DNA from: Candidatus Woesearchaeota archaeon
GTDB taxonomy: Archaea > Nanobdellota > Nanobdellia > Woesearchaeales > UBA10216
DNA length: 36,641 bases
NCBI GenBank assembly: GCA_016180085.1
Contig: JACPBX010000010.1
Location: 1-36,641, forward strand
Reading direction: 5' to 3'
Shown here: positions 16,186 through 24,333 of the stretch, one piece after another
Layout of the letters: each line of letters begins with the position of its first letter
How positions within the stretch are numbered: position 1 is the first letter of the stretch
The notes under the pieces: generated by a model
What the model saw: only the letters and a program-made list of their open reading frames with translations
Database searches by the model: none
What the model was told of the DNA's origin: nothing
Program-made: the position numbers and the translations under genes

Positions 16186-16297
16186 CGCCGGGAGCGGGAA
16201 CTTCACTTGCCTAGGACAGGTTTTGAACCCGCATGACTATGGTGTACAGTCACTCGCTTAGGAGGCGAGCGCGCATACCAGCTTGCGCCTTCCCGGC
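16186..16297 (-). tRNA. tRNA with anticodon CCT on a tRNA-Ser-type body; 22-nt intron in the T-loop (16221-16200)
   Basis: Acceptor GCCGGGA/TCCCGGC, G73, D-arm GCGC/GCGC, anticodon arm CTCGC-CTCCTAA-GCGAG, 7-bp variable arm, T-arm GCGGG-TTCAAA[intron]T-CCCGC; upstream GAAAAAGATTTATT promoter. Confidence 0.85.
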
Positions 16298-16548
16298 ACG
16301 CTAACTAAAGAATAAATCTTTTTCATATGCCTTTCGGCCATTTTTCCAAAAATCTTTCGATGTTCTCACTAAATATTTTGCCTTTGCTGCAAACGCTTCA
16401 AGTTTTAGGGAATTTTTTGAAAAGTTTTCAAGAACTCCGAAAATAATTTTTAACAATTTTAGTAAAGTTTATTAAGTAGTTAGCATCTTATCTGCTAAGA
16501 CCGTGGTGTACAGGTAAGCGCATGCTATTTGCGCTATTTTTTCTTTTT

Positions 16549-16722
16549 TTATTCCTCAAACCTTCCCTTAACCTTGTACTTCTCAGAAGTCAGAATCTCA
16601 TCAACCTGGCGGTCATAGCTTGTCAAAGAGGCATCTTTTGATGAGAACAGAAGCCTGTAAGCAACATAAGCAGCAGCCGCAGCAACTATCCACATTATAA
16701 TTTTCTGGTCAAGCACAGCCAT
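16549..16722 (-). CDS. 57-aa single-TM small protein (MAVLDQK...EILTSEKYKVKGRFEE)
   Basis: Open frame with TM helix, upstream TTTAAATA; below the ORF-track cutoff. Confidence 0.7.
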   Translation of the reverse strand: MAVLDQKIIMWIVAAAAAYVAYRLLFSSKDASLTSYDRQVDEILTSEKYKVKGRFEE

Positions 16723-16829
16723 TTTCAGTCAATGCTTGGTATAATAGTTCAGCAGATATTTAAACCTTCGCTTTAGGCATCAGGCATCCAGCGAAAACTT
16801 TAACTACTGCAGCGGCCATTAGTGATGCT

Positions 16830-17054
16830 ATGGCGAGAAGAAGGAAAAACCAGGCAGATGCAACCAAGAACCGCAGGCTTGACGAGTTCTTAAAAGCCCT
16901 GAAGATTGAAGGCGAAAAGAGGGACAAAATAGTAGCCTTTGTTGAAGACCTTACCTTCAAGCAGCTGAAGCAGCTCAGCACCGGCATAAAGGAGGAAGAC
17001 GAGGGAAAGAAGAAGCTGCCAAAGCTAAGGCTCAGGATGCCGTGGCAAAAATAA
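16830..17054 (+). CDS. Small basic hypothetical protein
   Basis: 74-aa ORF with coding-like codon use. Confidence 0.6.
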   Translation: MARRRKNQADATKNRRLDEFLKALKIEGEKRDKIVAFVEDLTFKQLKQLSTGIKEEDEGKKKLPKLRLRMPWQK

Positions 17055-17062
17055 GCCATCAG

Positions 17063-17443
17063 TCAAGCCAAGTCCCTATGTGTCTCATACATAAAGGCTG
17101 CGTGTGTGTTGTGCTTTTTTAGTTCCTTTGTTAACAGCCTTGCAATGTCCTTAGACTGCATTTCCTTCTTCCTGTGAACGTGCTTGGTAACTGTTTTCGC
17201 GACTGCACCGGCAATTCGTTCGCATTCCCTCTCATTCATTAGGACAACGTAGCACGCGGCGTAGGCCGAGCCGTAAACCTTGCGCTCATCATAGCCCTCG
17301 CACAGGCCTGTAGCGCGCTTCACCACGCAGTGCACGCCCTCGCTGTGGCCGTGCTTCTGCTGTTTCTGCTTAACCTGCAATGATTTTAGCTCCCTCGCCC
17401 TGCTTTCTGCCCTGTAAACTGCCATTTTTACCATTCCAGTCAC
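17063..17443 (-). CDS. Stand-alone ATP-cone-like protein
   Basis: VVKRATG..E.YDERKVYGS...IA..V...SKDI...L; coupled (ATGA) to the upstream ccdA-like gene. Confidence 0.7.
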   Translation of the reverse strand: MTGMVKMAVYRAESRARELKSLQVKQKQQKHGHSEGVHCVVKRATGLCEGYDERKVYGSAYAACYVVLMNERECERIAGAVAKTVTKHVHRKKEMQSKDIARLLTKELKKHNTHAAFMYETHRDLA

Positions 17444-18150
17444 CCCAGGTTTACCGTGCCGTTGGCTATAAGCATGAGCAGCCAGCCCATCGCTACCAGA
17501 AGCAGGCCTATGAGCAGCCTAATTGCGCCCCTGCTTTCCTGCTTCCACTTCTTAACCTCGTGAAGCCTCTTCCCGGCTGCGACCATGATAAGTATTACGA
17601 TTAGCGGCGCTACAAAGATAATGTTGTAAAGCACCAGCATAAGGAATGCTGAAAAGTCGAAGTATTGTGAAAGAAGCGTGATAATGGCAAGGTAGGGAGC
17701 GCCAGTGCATGGCAGCTCAACACCTGCCACAAACGCGCCAAGCAGCATAATGCCCGGAATAGTGACCTTTGACGCGTAGCCATGCAGCTTTTTGGCAAAA
17801 AGTGGCGGGATGGCAAGCGAAAACCATCTTCCATACCAGAAGTAGTCCTTTACCTCGAAAAGGCCTGCAATGATTATGATGGTGCCAACTGCAATGGCGA
17901 TGTATTCGCTCAGATATAATGGCAACCCTGAAAGGAAGTACATCAGCCCAAGCCCTGCGAGCAGGTAAGTCACGAACACTGCAAAAATGTAAAGCCCTCC
18001 CAGAAGCAGCATCTTTTTCGTTGACTGGTGGGTTGCCAGCAGCACAGAGATCATCAGTATAAGGACACCTATGGCGCATGGATTAATTGAGTCAATAGCA
18101 GCAGCACCCGCTACTGTTACCAGGGTTGGAAGGTAAGCCTCAACTGCCAT
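17440..18150 (-). CDS. Second CcdA/DsbD-like membrane protein
   Basis: AIDSINPCAIGVL and VELPCTGAPYLA Cys-Pro motifs. Confidence 0.85.
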   Translation of the reverse strand: MAVEAYLPTLVTVAGAAAIDSINPCAIGVLILMISVLLATHQSTKKMLLLGGLYIFAVFVTYLLAGLGLMYFLSGLPLYLSEYIAIAVGTIIIIAGLFEVKDYFWYGRWFSLAIPPLFAKKLHGYASKVTIPGIMLLGAFVAGVELPCTGAPYLAIITLLSQYFDFSAFLMLVLYNIIFVAPLIVILIMVAAGKRLHEVKKWKQESRGAIRLLIGLLLVAMGWLLMLIANGTVNLG

Positions 18151-19039
18151 TCAGTGCACCCCTTTTGAGAGCAACCTCGTAGCTTTCGCACATCCGCTCA
18201 GTCTTATCTTTTGCTACAGGGTCAAACTCGAATACGATGCAGTCGCCAGGAGGAACATTGCCGAAAGGCGAGGGCGCATAGCCCTCGTAGCCTGAGCTGC
18301 CAAGCTTTTCTTGCACTATCCTTCCATCAACTGCCTTGTAAACAAACACCTGCAAAGTTCCAGGCATGCCAGCTTCGCCAGGGCAGCTGTCGCCATCCCT
18401 CATTGTGACAATGCCAGAATCGGTTGGCAGGCTAAACACTCCCGGATGCAAATCACCGCCCACGCTCCTGAAGAAGCTGCCAATGCTTACATCGCTGAAG
18501 TCAACAACCACGCCTTCGATGTGCATGCGGTTGTCGCCGTGCTCGTGCAGCACTGATGAGCCAACCCTGTTGGAAAGCCCTTCCGGGTCAACAAGCTCAA
18601 GATGTTCTCCGCAGCGCCAAACCTCAAAGTCAGCATGCCAGTGGACAGGGCCGGATGTTTTGGAAACAGCATTCAGGTAAATCGTGGAACCGGCAACATA
18701 AGCTGTAACAGCCACAACAACTACCACAATGGACCAGAAAAGCAGATGCGAAACCAGCGGGCTTGCCTTTTTGCTTTTCCTTTTGGCAAGCACAGAGACA
18801 GCAACCAAAATAGCAAGAGCCGCTGTTCCCAAAAAGACCGCGCGCAGCGAACCCTGCCTCATTGCCTCGTCCAGCATAATAACACTACTTACGCTGCTTT
18901 CTTTTTCGCCCAGTTCCATATCATGCTCATCGGCTTCGGTGCCGTGTGCATGCGCTGGCAGGGCAAACAGCATCAGAAAAACAAACAGGACTACAAGCGA
19001 TAAGGCAGTAGCCGCAGATGCCAAAAGACCATTTCTCAT
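18140..19039 (-). CDS. Membrane-anchored His-rich HxHAD-family protein
   Basis: AHAHG signal end, TM helices, HWHADFEV, LHEHGDNRMHIEG, IGSFF, GDCIVFEF. Confidence 0.8.
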   Translation of the reverse strand: MRNGLLASAATALSLVVLFVFLMLFALPAHAHGTEADEHDMELGEKESSVSSVIMLDEAMRQGSLRAVFLGTAALAILVAVSVLAKRKSKKASPLVSHLLFWSIVVVVVAVTAYVAGSTIYLNAVSKTSGPVHWHADFEVWRCGEHLELVDPEGLSNRVGSSVLHEHGDNRMHIEGVVVDFSDVSIGSFFRSVGGDLHPGVFSLPTDSGIVTMRDGDSCPGEAGMPGTLQVFVYKAVDGRIVQEKLGSSGYEGYAPSPFGNVPPGDCIVFEFDPVAKDKTERMCESYEVALKRGALNGS

Positions 19040-19049
19040 CTTTGCCTTC

Positions 19050-19130
19050 TCAGCAAAACTCGCACACGTTTTTCTTCTGCACAGCCCTTTTGCCGCCCTT
19101 AACGTTGGCAGAAGTTTTTCTGGCTTTCAC
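19050..19130 (-). CDS. 26-aa basic micro-peptide ending NVCEFC
   Basis: GAGGTGA RBS, 5-nt spacer, GTG start; first position of the operon; below the ORF-track cutoff. Confidence 0.6.
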   Translation of the reverse strand: MKARKTSANVKGGKRAVQKKNVCEFC

Positions 19131-19282
19131 ATCGCTCACCTCATTTTGCTCATTCTTAACTCGCAAACTATCAGTATACAATTCCGTATATTAAGTATAT
19201 CAGTGGTATAAATAGTTTTTGGTCGGGGCTTGTGGTGAAAGGGGAATAAAGCTTAAATAGCAGCCATTCAGTATTTCGCAGG

Positions 19283-19684
19283 ATGCTCAAGCACCTCATG
19301 GACAAGTGGGATTCCTACCTTTCAATACTGCTTGGCGTTTTTCTGGTCATTGCAGCAAAGACAGCCAATCTCAGCCCAAAGCTGATGCTGCTGTTCAAAT
19401 ACTACGTTTTCATCATGATAGCGGTTGTCATCTTCGATACGGTCAAGAACTTCGGGCAGCACGAAAGCGCAATGTGGAAAATGGCAGCAATACTCTCTAA
19501 CGGCACTGTGCTCGTCAGCTGCGTAATCATACTGCAGAGGATGTTTAACGTTGCAACAGCAGTCAGCCTTTCAGCGGTTCCGCTCCTCTCCAAGCTGCTC
19601 TCGCTGCCAAACTTCATGCTTTTCCTGGGAATTTTCCTAATAATCGAGAACGCGCTGTGGGTTTATGTTTATGACCACTTCTGA
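19283..19684 (+). CDS. Four-TM hypothetical membrane protein
   Basis: Hydrophobic ORF about 25 nt after AAAGCTTAAATA. Confidence 0.7.
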   Translation: MLKHLMDKWDSYLSILLGVFLVIAAKTANLSPKLMLLFKYYVFIMIAVVIFDTVKNFGQHESAMWKMAAILSNGTVLVSCVIILQRMFNVATAVSLSAVPLLSKLLSLPNFMLFLGIFLIIENALWVYVYDHF

Positions 19685-19690
19685 GTATTA

Positions 19691-20575
19691 CTATGAGGAT
19701 GGTACGTAGCCGTTGTTGGCAGATGCAACTTGCTTAATTGCATGCCTTGTGCTTACCACGCAAGGCAGATCTTGAACCTTCATTCCGAGCTGCTTGACAA
19801 CATCAGTATCCACGTAGCCACCAACCAGATAGTGCTTCACAATAAGTGCATCTGCCTGCCTTTCAGTCAGTTTAATGGCATCAAAATTGCCATCGTCTCT
19901 CTTATGCTTTGCCCACAAGTGAACAGGCTCGGGCAGAACTGTAAGATAGTCCCTCCTGGTTCTGGCATTCATAGGAGGAACTAGTATTGGTACGTCAATA
20001 CTGAAATAGCAAAAGTCTCCTGACATGCCTACCTCATCAGTAACCCTTGCAGCGAATTCATTTTCAGGCCGCGTCAAATGAACATTTGCCAGGTCAAGAA
20101 TAGCCTCAAATGAAGCTGTGCCAGTTTCAGGTATGAGACGCAGGTCATCTGGCCTCCTGAATTCATCAAACCTTACTTCACTATGATTTTTTAAGTGAGG
20201 TTTCCTTACTAAAGGAGGAAAATAATGCATAACAATGCGGCCAAGCCCGGGCACTGATACTTCTTCTGTAACGGTCATGCCGTACACAAACTTATTCATA
20301 CTGTCTCTGACGTAAAGATGATGATATGTCCTTGAGCTGCCATCAAGAGAACCTGGAACTTTCCTAGTGCCTGAGCTATCTGCTGCCTGCAAAACCCTTT
20401 CTTCGGGAAAAGAAACACCTTGTTCACGGAAAACATCGTTCTGAAGATCGACGCCACTATTAACAGCATCAATCGCTTGCAAATCAAAGTAGCTCCCGTC
20501 TATTGCCTTGGCATGATTCACCCTGTTGACAATAAGCAGTTCCAGCCCGCCGCTGATAGGAATGATTTTATTCAT
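19691..20575 (-). CDS. Hypothetical protein
   Basis: 294-aa ORF with own BRE-TATA (GAAAAGATTATATA). Confidence 0.7.
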   Translation of the reverse strand: MNKIIPISGGLELLIVNRVNHAKAIDGSYFDLQAIDAVNSGVDLQNDVFREQGVSFPEERVLQAADSSGTRKVPGSLDGSSRTYHHLYVRDSMNKFVYGMTVTEEVSVPGLGRIVMHYFPPLVRKPHLKNHSEVRFDEFRRPDDLRLIPETGTASFEAILDLANVHLTRPENEFAARVTDEVGMSGDFCYFSIDVPILVPPMNARTRRDYLTVLPEPVHLWAKHKRDDGNFDAIKLTERQADALIVKHYLVGGYVDTDVVKQLGMKVQDLPCVVSTRHAIKQVASANNGYVPSS

Positions 20576-20620
20576 TGTAACTACTTGTGAGTTGAGATTT
20601 GATATATAATCTTTTCGTTT

Positions 20621-21955
20621 TTACGCCTTTATTATCCCGTAACCGATCAATCTCCATCGGCTTCCCAGAAGCCTCGAGAGCGTGACCCTTGAGCCGGCTT
20701 CTGCGCACACCGGAAGCTTCAGCCTCAGCAGCACTGCGCCTTTCTTTAGTTCGGCAACAATGCCAACCGTGGCAGAGGAATTTACGTTAAGCATAAGCGT
20801 CTCGCCCTGTTTCATGGGCTCAACAACGAGCTCGTCCCTGGCGCCAACAACCCTTTCCAGCAGGTGAATCTCGGTTTTCAGCTCATGCCAGACCGGCGGG
20901 AGCTTGTCCGGAAGGCCAACCACTGTTCCTGCAAGGGTATCTGCCTTGACAACGCCAGGGTCAAGGGATGTCAGCATCCCGATAGAGCCGCCAGGAGAAA
21001 CAGCCTTAACGCTGCTGCCTCCTGTTACAAGGCCGACAAGCTTTGTCTGTATTGGAGTCCACGAGGACTTTCCTGCCTTTTCAGTTCTTCTGCCAGGCCT
21101 TATCTCGATAACCTGGCCAACTGAAAATGCGCCCTGCTTTACTGTGCCTCCGAGAACGCCGCCCTGCAATTTTTCCGGAAGCGTGCCTGGCCTGTTGATA
21201 TCGAAAGACCGCGCTACAAGCATCATGGGTTCGGCTTCCTTTTTCCGTTCAGGAGTTGGAATTGTTCTCTGTATTGCCTCTATCAACGCATCAATGTTTA
21301 TGCGGCGCTGGGCTGATATGGGTACAACAGGCGCTGCCTCATAAGGGGTTCCCTTTACAAACGCCTTTATTTGGTTGCAGTTCTCAACAGCTTCCTCGCT
21401 GCTAACAAGGTCTATCTTGTTCTGCACAATCACAACGTTCCTGATGCCGACAATCTGCAGCGCCATTAAGTGCTCACGAGTCTGGGGCTGCGGGCATTTT
21501 TCATTTGCAGCAATGAGAAGGAGGGCTCCGTCCATTATGGCTGCCCCCGAAAGCATTGTCGCCATGAGGCTCTCGTGGCCTGGGGCATCAACAAAGCTCA
21601 CTTTTCTTACGAGCGCGGTTTTTTCACCGCAACCGCTGTTGCCGCAAATATCCTTTGTTGTAAAGCAGGATGGCTCAGGGCACTTCGGGCACTTCCTGAA
21701 TTCGGCATCGGCGTAGCCAAGCCGAATGGTAATGCCCCTTTTGATTTCCTCGCTGTGCGTGTCAGTCCATCTTCCTGTTATGGCTTCAACCAGTGTGGTC
21801 TTGCCGTGGTCGACATGGCCAACCATGCCTATGTTTATTTCAGGCTGGACAGCTTCCTTTTTCTTCCCGCTTTCAATCTCCTTATCTTCTTCCGCAGCTG
21901 CCGCAGAAACTGAAGAAACCGCAGCCGATTCCGCTTTACTGGCTTTTTTAGTTAT
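20621..21955 (-). CDS. eif2g: Translation initiation factor 2 gamma subunit (probable ATA start at 21955)
   Basis: QPEINIGMVGHVDHGKTT, KRGITIRLGY, DAPGHE, NKID, RWRLIGYG; frame open upstream of ATG 21826 to a stop at 21958-21956. Confidence 0.95.
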   Translation of the reverse strand: MTKKASKAESAAVSSVSAAAAEEDKEIESGKKKEAVQPEINIGMVGHVDHGKTTLVEAITGRWTDTHSEEIKRGITIRLGYADAEFRKCPKCPEPSCFTTKDICGNSGCGEKTALVRKVSFVDAPGHESLMATMLSGAAIMDGALLLIAANEKCPQPQTREHLMALQIVGIRNVVIVQNKIDLVSSEEAVENCNQIKAFVKGTPYEAAPVVPISAQRRINIDALIEAIQRTIPTPERKKEAEPMMLVARSFDINRPGTLPEKLQGGVLGGTVKQGAFSVGQVIEIRPGRRTEKAGKSSWTPIQTKLVGLVTGGSSVKAVSPGGSIGMLTSLDPGVVKADTLAGTVVGLPDKLPPVWHELKTEIHLLERVVGARDELVVEPMKQGETLMLNVNSSATVGIVAELKKGAVLLRLKLPVCAEAGSRVTLSRLLGSRWRLIGYGIIKA

Positions 21956-22044
21956 TCAAACCACCAAGAACTTCGAAAACTTGGAAGGTATATAAAGTTA
22001 ATTGACTCAGACTTAACCGTCGAGTGCTTACTGGAAGTGCACAA

Positions 22045-23028
22045 TCAATACCCCTTGCCTTTATCAACAAGGTTTGGCATCGGCTTGTTTTCTAAGTAAG
22101 CCTTCAGGTTGCTGCAAAAAATATCAACAACCCTGTCCATGTAATGAGGGGTTAAGCCGGCGTTGTGGGGAGTGATTATGACATTTTCCATTTCCCACAG
22201 CGGGCTGCTTTCTGGAAGGGGCTCGGTTTCAAAAACATCCAGTGCTGCGCCAGCTATCTTTTGCTGCCGCAGTGCTGAAATCAAAGCTTTTTCATCAACC
22301 ACACTGCCCCTTGCAATGTTAACGAAATATGCTGTCGGCTTCATCGCTGAGAACTGCGCAGTGCCGAACATGTGCCTGGTTTCGCTTGTGAATGGCACCG
22401 AAAGCACAACATAATCGGCAACTGAAAGGATTTTTTTCAACTCCCCGGCATCTGCTGCAGGATGAAGCTCATCAACCAAGCTGCTAACAGCATCTGCTGC
22501 AGCCTTATCCGCTGCCCTCTTTGTTGCAATAACTTTCATCCCCAGGCCTTTGCACAGTCTGGCTATGCCCCTGCCAACAGCACCCAACCCAACTATAAGC
22601 ACAGTTTTCCCGTTTAGCTCGCCTACATTCAGGTCCTTTGCCCATTGCTTCTTCTCCTGGCTTTTGACAGCCGCAAGCAGCCTTCTCTCAAACATCAGCA
22701 TATACCCGATTACCTGCTCTGCTATTGGTATGGCGTGAACACCGCTGGAGTCAGTCAGCGCAATTGGCTTGCCAACCAATGAGGGAATGATTTTTTCGTT
22801 GCCGGCAGCAATGGAGTGAATCCATTTCAGCTTCCGGGCAGAATTGAGCCATGCAGGGTCGTAATTGTAATTTCCGCACACAAGGATTTCAGTCTTGGGC
22901 AGCAGCAATAAAAGCTCATCCTCATCTTTTGCTACAGTAACTGATGCAGACGGAGAAGCTGTGGCAATGGGCATTATGTGCCTGTCCTCAAAACGAAACT
23001 TTTCGGCGGTAAAAATGACTATGTTCAT
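22045..23028 (-). CDS. D-2-hydroxyacid dehydrogenase family protein
   Basis: GLGAVG Rossmann motif, VNIARG, AALDVFETEP, ITPHNAG. Confidence 0.95.
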   Translation of the reverse strand: MNIVIFTAEKFRFEDRHIMPIATASPSASVTVAKDEDELLLLLPKTEILVCGNYNYDPAWLNSARKLKWIHSIAAGNEKIIPSLVGKPIALTDSSGVHAIPIAEQVIGYMLMFERRLLAAVKSQEKKQWAKDLNVGELNGKTVLIVGLGAVGRGIARLCKGLGMKVIATKRAADKAAADAVSSLVDELHPAADAGELKKILSVADYVVLSVPFTSETRHMFGTAQFSAMKPTAYFVNIARGSVVDEKALISALRQQKIAGAALDVFETEPLPESSPLWEMENVIITPHNAGLTPHYMDRVVDIFCSNLKAYLENKPMPNLVDKGKGY

Positions 23029-23045
23029 TATGACTGAAAACAGCG

Positions 23046-23540
23046 TTAAGCAGTCGCCGCAACCGGCGCTTCTTCCTTCGGTGCAGAGACAGCAGCTTTC
23101 TTGGCACCGCCCTTGCTCTCGCTTTTCTTGGCAGCCCTGTCAGCCTTTGTGGCTTCTGCCTTCGCCCTCACGTTCGCAAAGACGTCATTCGTGCCTATCT
23201 TGACTGCCTTGAGGTTTATCTGCACAATCTTCGCATGGACCGTGTTGCCGCAGACTGTCTTGCGCTGGAGCATGCCCTTTTCGCCTTTCTTCACACCAAC
23301 GCCGGAATAGGCAAGAATCTTTTTCCTGCCAACGCCAAGGACGTCCTTGCGCATCGGGAAACCGCAGAAGTCAGAGCCGCCAGTGATTTCAAGCTCATAA
23401 CCCTGCATGTCAATTGTTTCGCCCTTGACAGTGTCGCCAATCTTCAGGCCGAGAAAAGACTTGGCAGCCGGCTCTTTAACCTCGCTCTGAACGCTGAGCC
23501 CTGTCTTCGGGTCTGAAATGACAACCTTGAACTCCACCAT
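23046..23540 (-). CDS. rps6e: 30S ribosomal protein S6e
   Basis: FKVVISDPKTG...ITGGSDFCGFPMRKDV...RKTVCGN...QINLK. Confidence 0.95.
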   Translation of the reverse strand: MVEFKVVISDPKTGLSVQSEVKEPAAKSFLGLKIGDTVKGETIDMQGYELEITGGSDFCGFPMRKDVLGVGRKKILAYSGVGVKKGEKGMLQRKTVCGNTVHAKIVQINLKAVKIGTNDVFANVRAKAEATKADRAAKKSESKGGAKKAAVSAPKEEAPVAATA

Positions 23541-23754
23541 GAATTTTTGGATTGGCAGGATGTTTAAAAAGGTTGCGATTTTGCAGAATTCAGGGGAAGC
23601 ATGCCAAATTCACCAGCAGCTGTTGCAAACCCTGCATCAGCTGAATTGCACATTCCGCTTGTGGCGGAATTGTGCCGCCGCATTAAAATTGCGCTGTTTA
23701 AACAACAAAAGTTAGGGTCATTTAGCCCGGTTGGCTTTTTTCTCAGATGATGTG

Positions 23755-24063
23755 TTAATCTTTAACGAATTTTATTTTCCAAGGACGTTTAGCCCATACC
23801 CATGCGAGCGGGAGCAACGCCCAAGAAACAGCAATCAAAACCAATGCGAATGCGATTAGCACAACGGGATTGTACAACAATGACAAATTAACTAACCCAA
23901 CTAAAAAAGCGACAGCATTAACAAACAGCCAGGCCACAATCATAGCGAGCCACCAGATGATTGCAGCCTTCGCAAGCCTAATCCAAAAAGCAAGCAAAAA
24001 TAAGAAGCGCCAATTAATCTGTGGATATTTAAAAAATTCCCAGCCTGCTAATCTTCTTTTCAT
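23755..24063 (-). CDS. Small membrane protein
   Basis: 102 aa, three hydrophobic helices. Confidence 0.6.
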   Translation of the reverse strand: MKRRLAGWEFFKYPQINWRFLFLLAFWIRLAKAAIIWWLAMIVAWLFVNAVAFLVGLVNLSLLYNPVVLIAFALVLIAVSWALLPLAWVWAKRPWKIKFVKD

Positions 24064-24189
24064 GTCTAGACAACATGATCCTCAGCAGCTTCGCAATTTA
24101 AATATTGCGGTTGTTGTGGCTTACCAATTTAAGATTGGGGTCGAGAACAGTCAAGATATAGTTGAACATTTACGATTGCACACACGCTC

Positions 24190-24333
24190 ATGGTTACGCT
24201 AAAGGGTGCGAAACTGTGGGACAGGGAACTGTTGTGTCATCAACATCCCAAAATTGCTGATTGAATCTGAGAGTATAAACACCTCAGAACGCTACAACGT
24301 CGTGCTCGAGGAAGTGACAAAGAGAAAGGCTAA
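24190..24333 (+). pseudogene. Possible frameshifted AbrB-like small DNA-binding protein
   Basis: MVTLKGAKLW in one frame continues as TGNCCVINIPKLLIESE..RYNVVLEEV in another. Confidence 0.3.

Noticed and set aside
16320-16500. AT-rich gap with TTGAAAA-G-TTTTCAA palindrome as replication origin or small ORF
   Set aside because: No ORB-like repeats or cdc6 nearby; candidate ORFs lack RBS and protein-like composition.
19174-19210. Four roughly phased GTATA repeats
   Set aside because: Spacing is irregular (12, 9, 11) and expected in an AT-rich divergent promoter.
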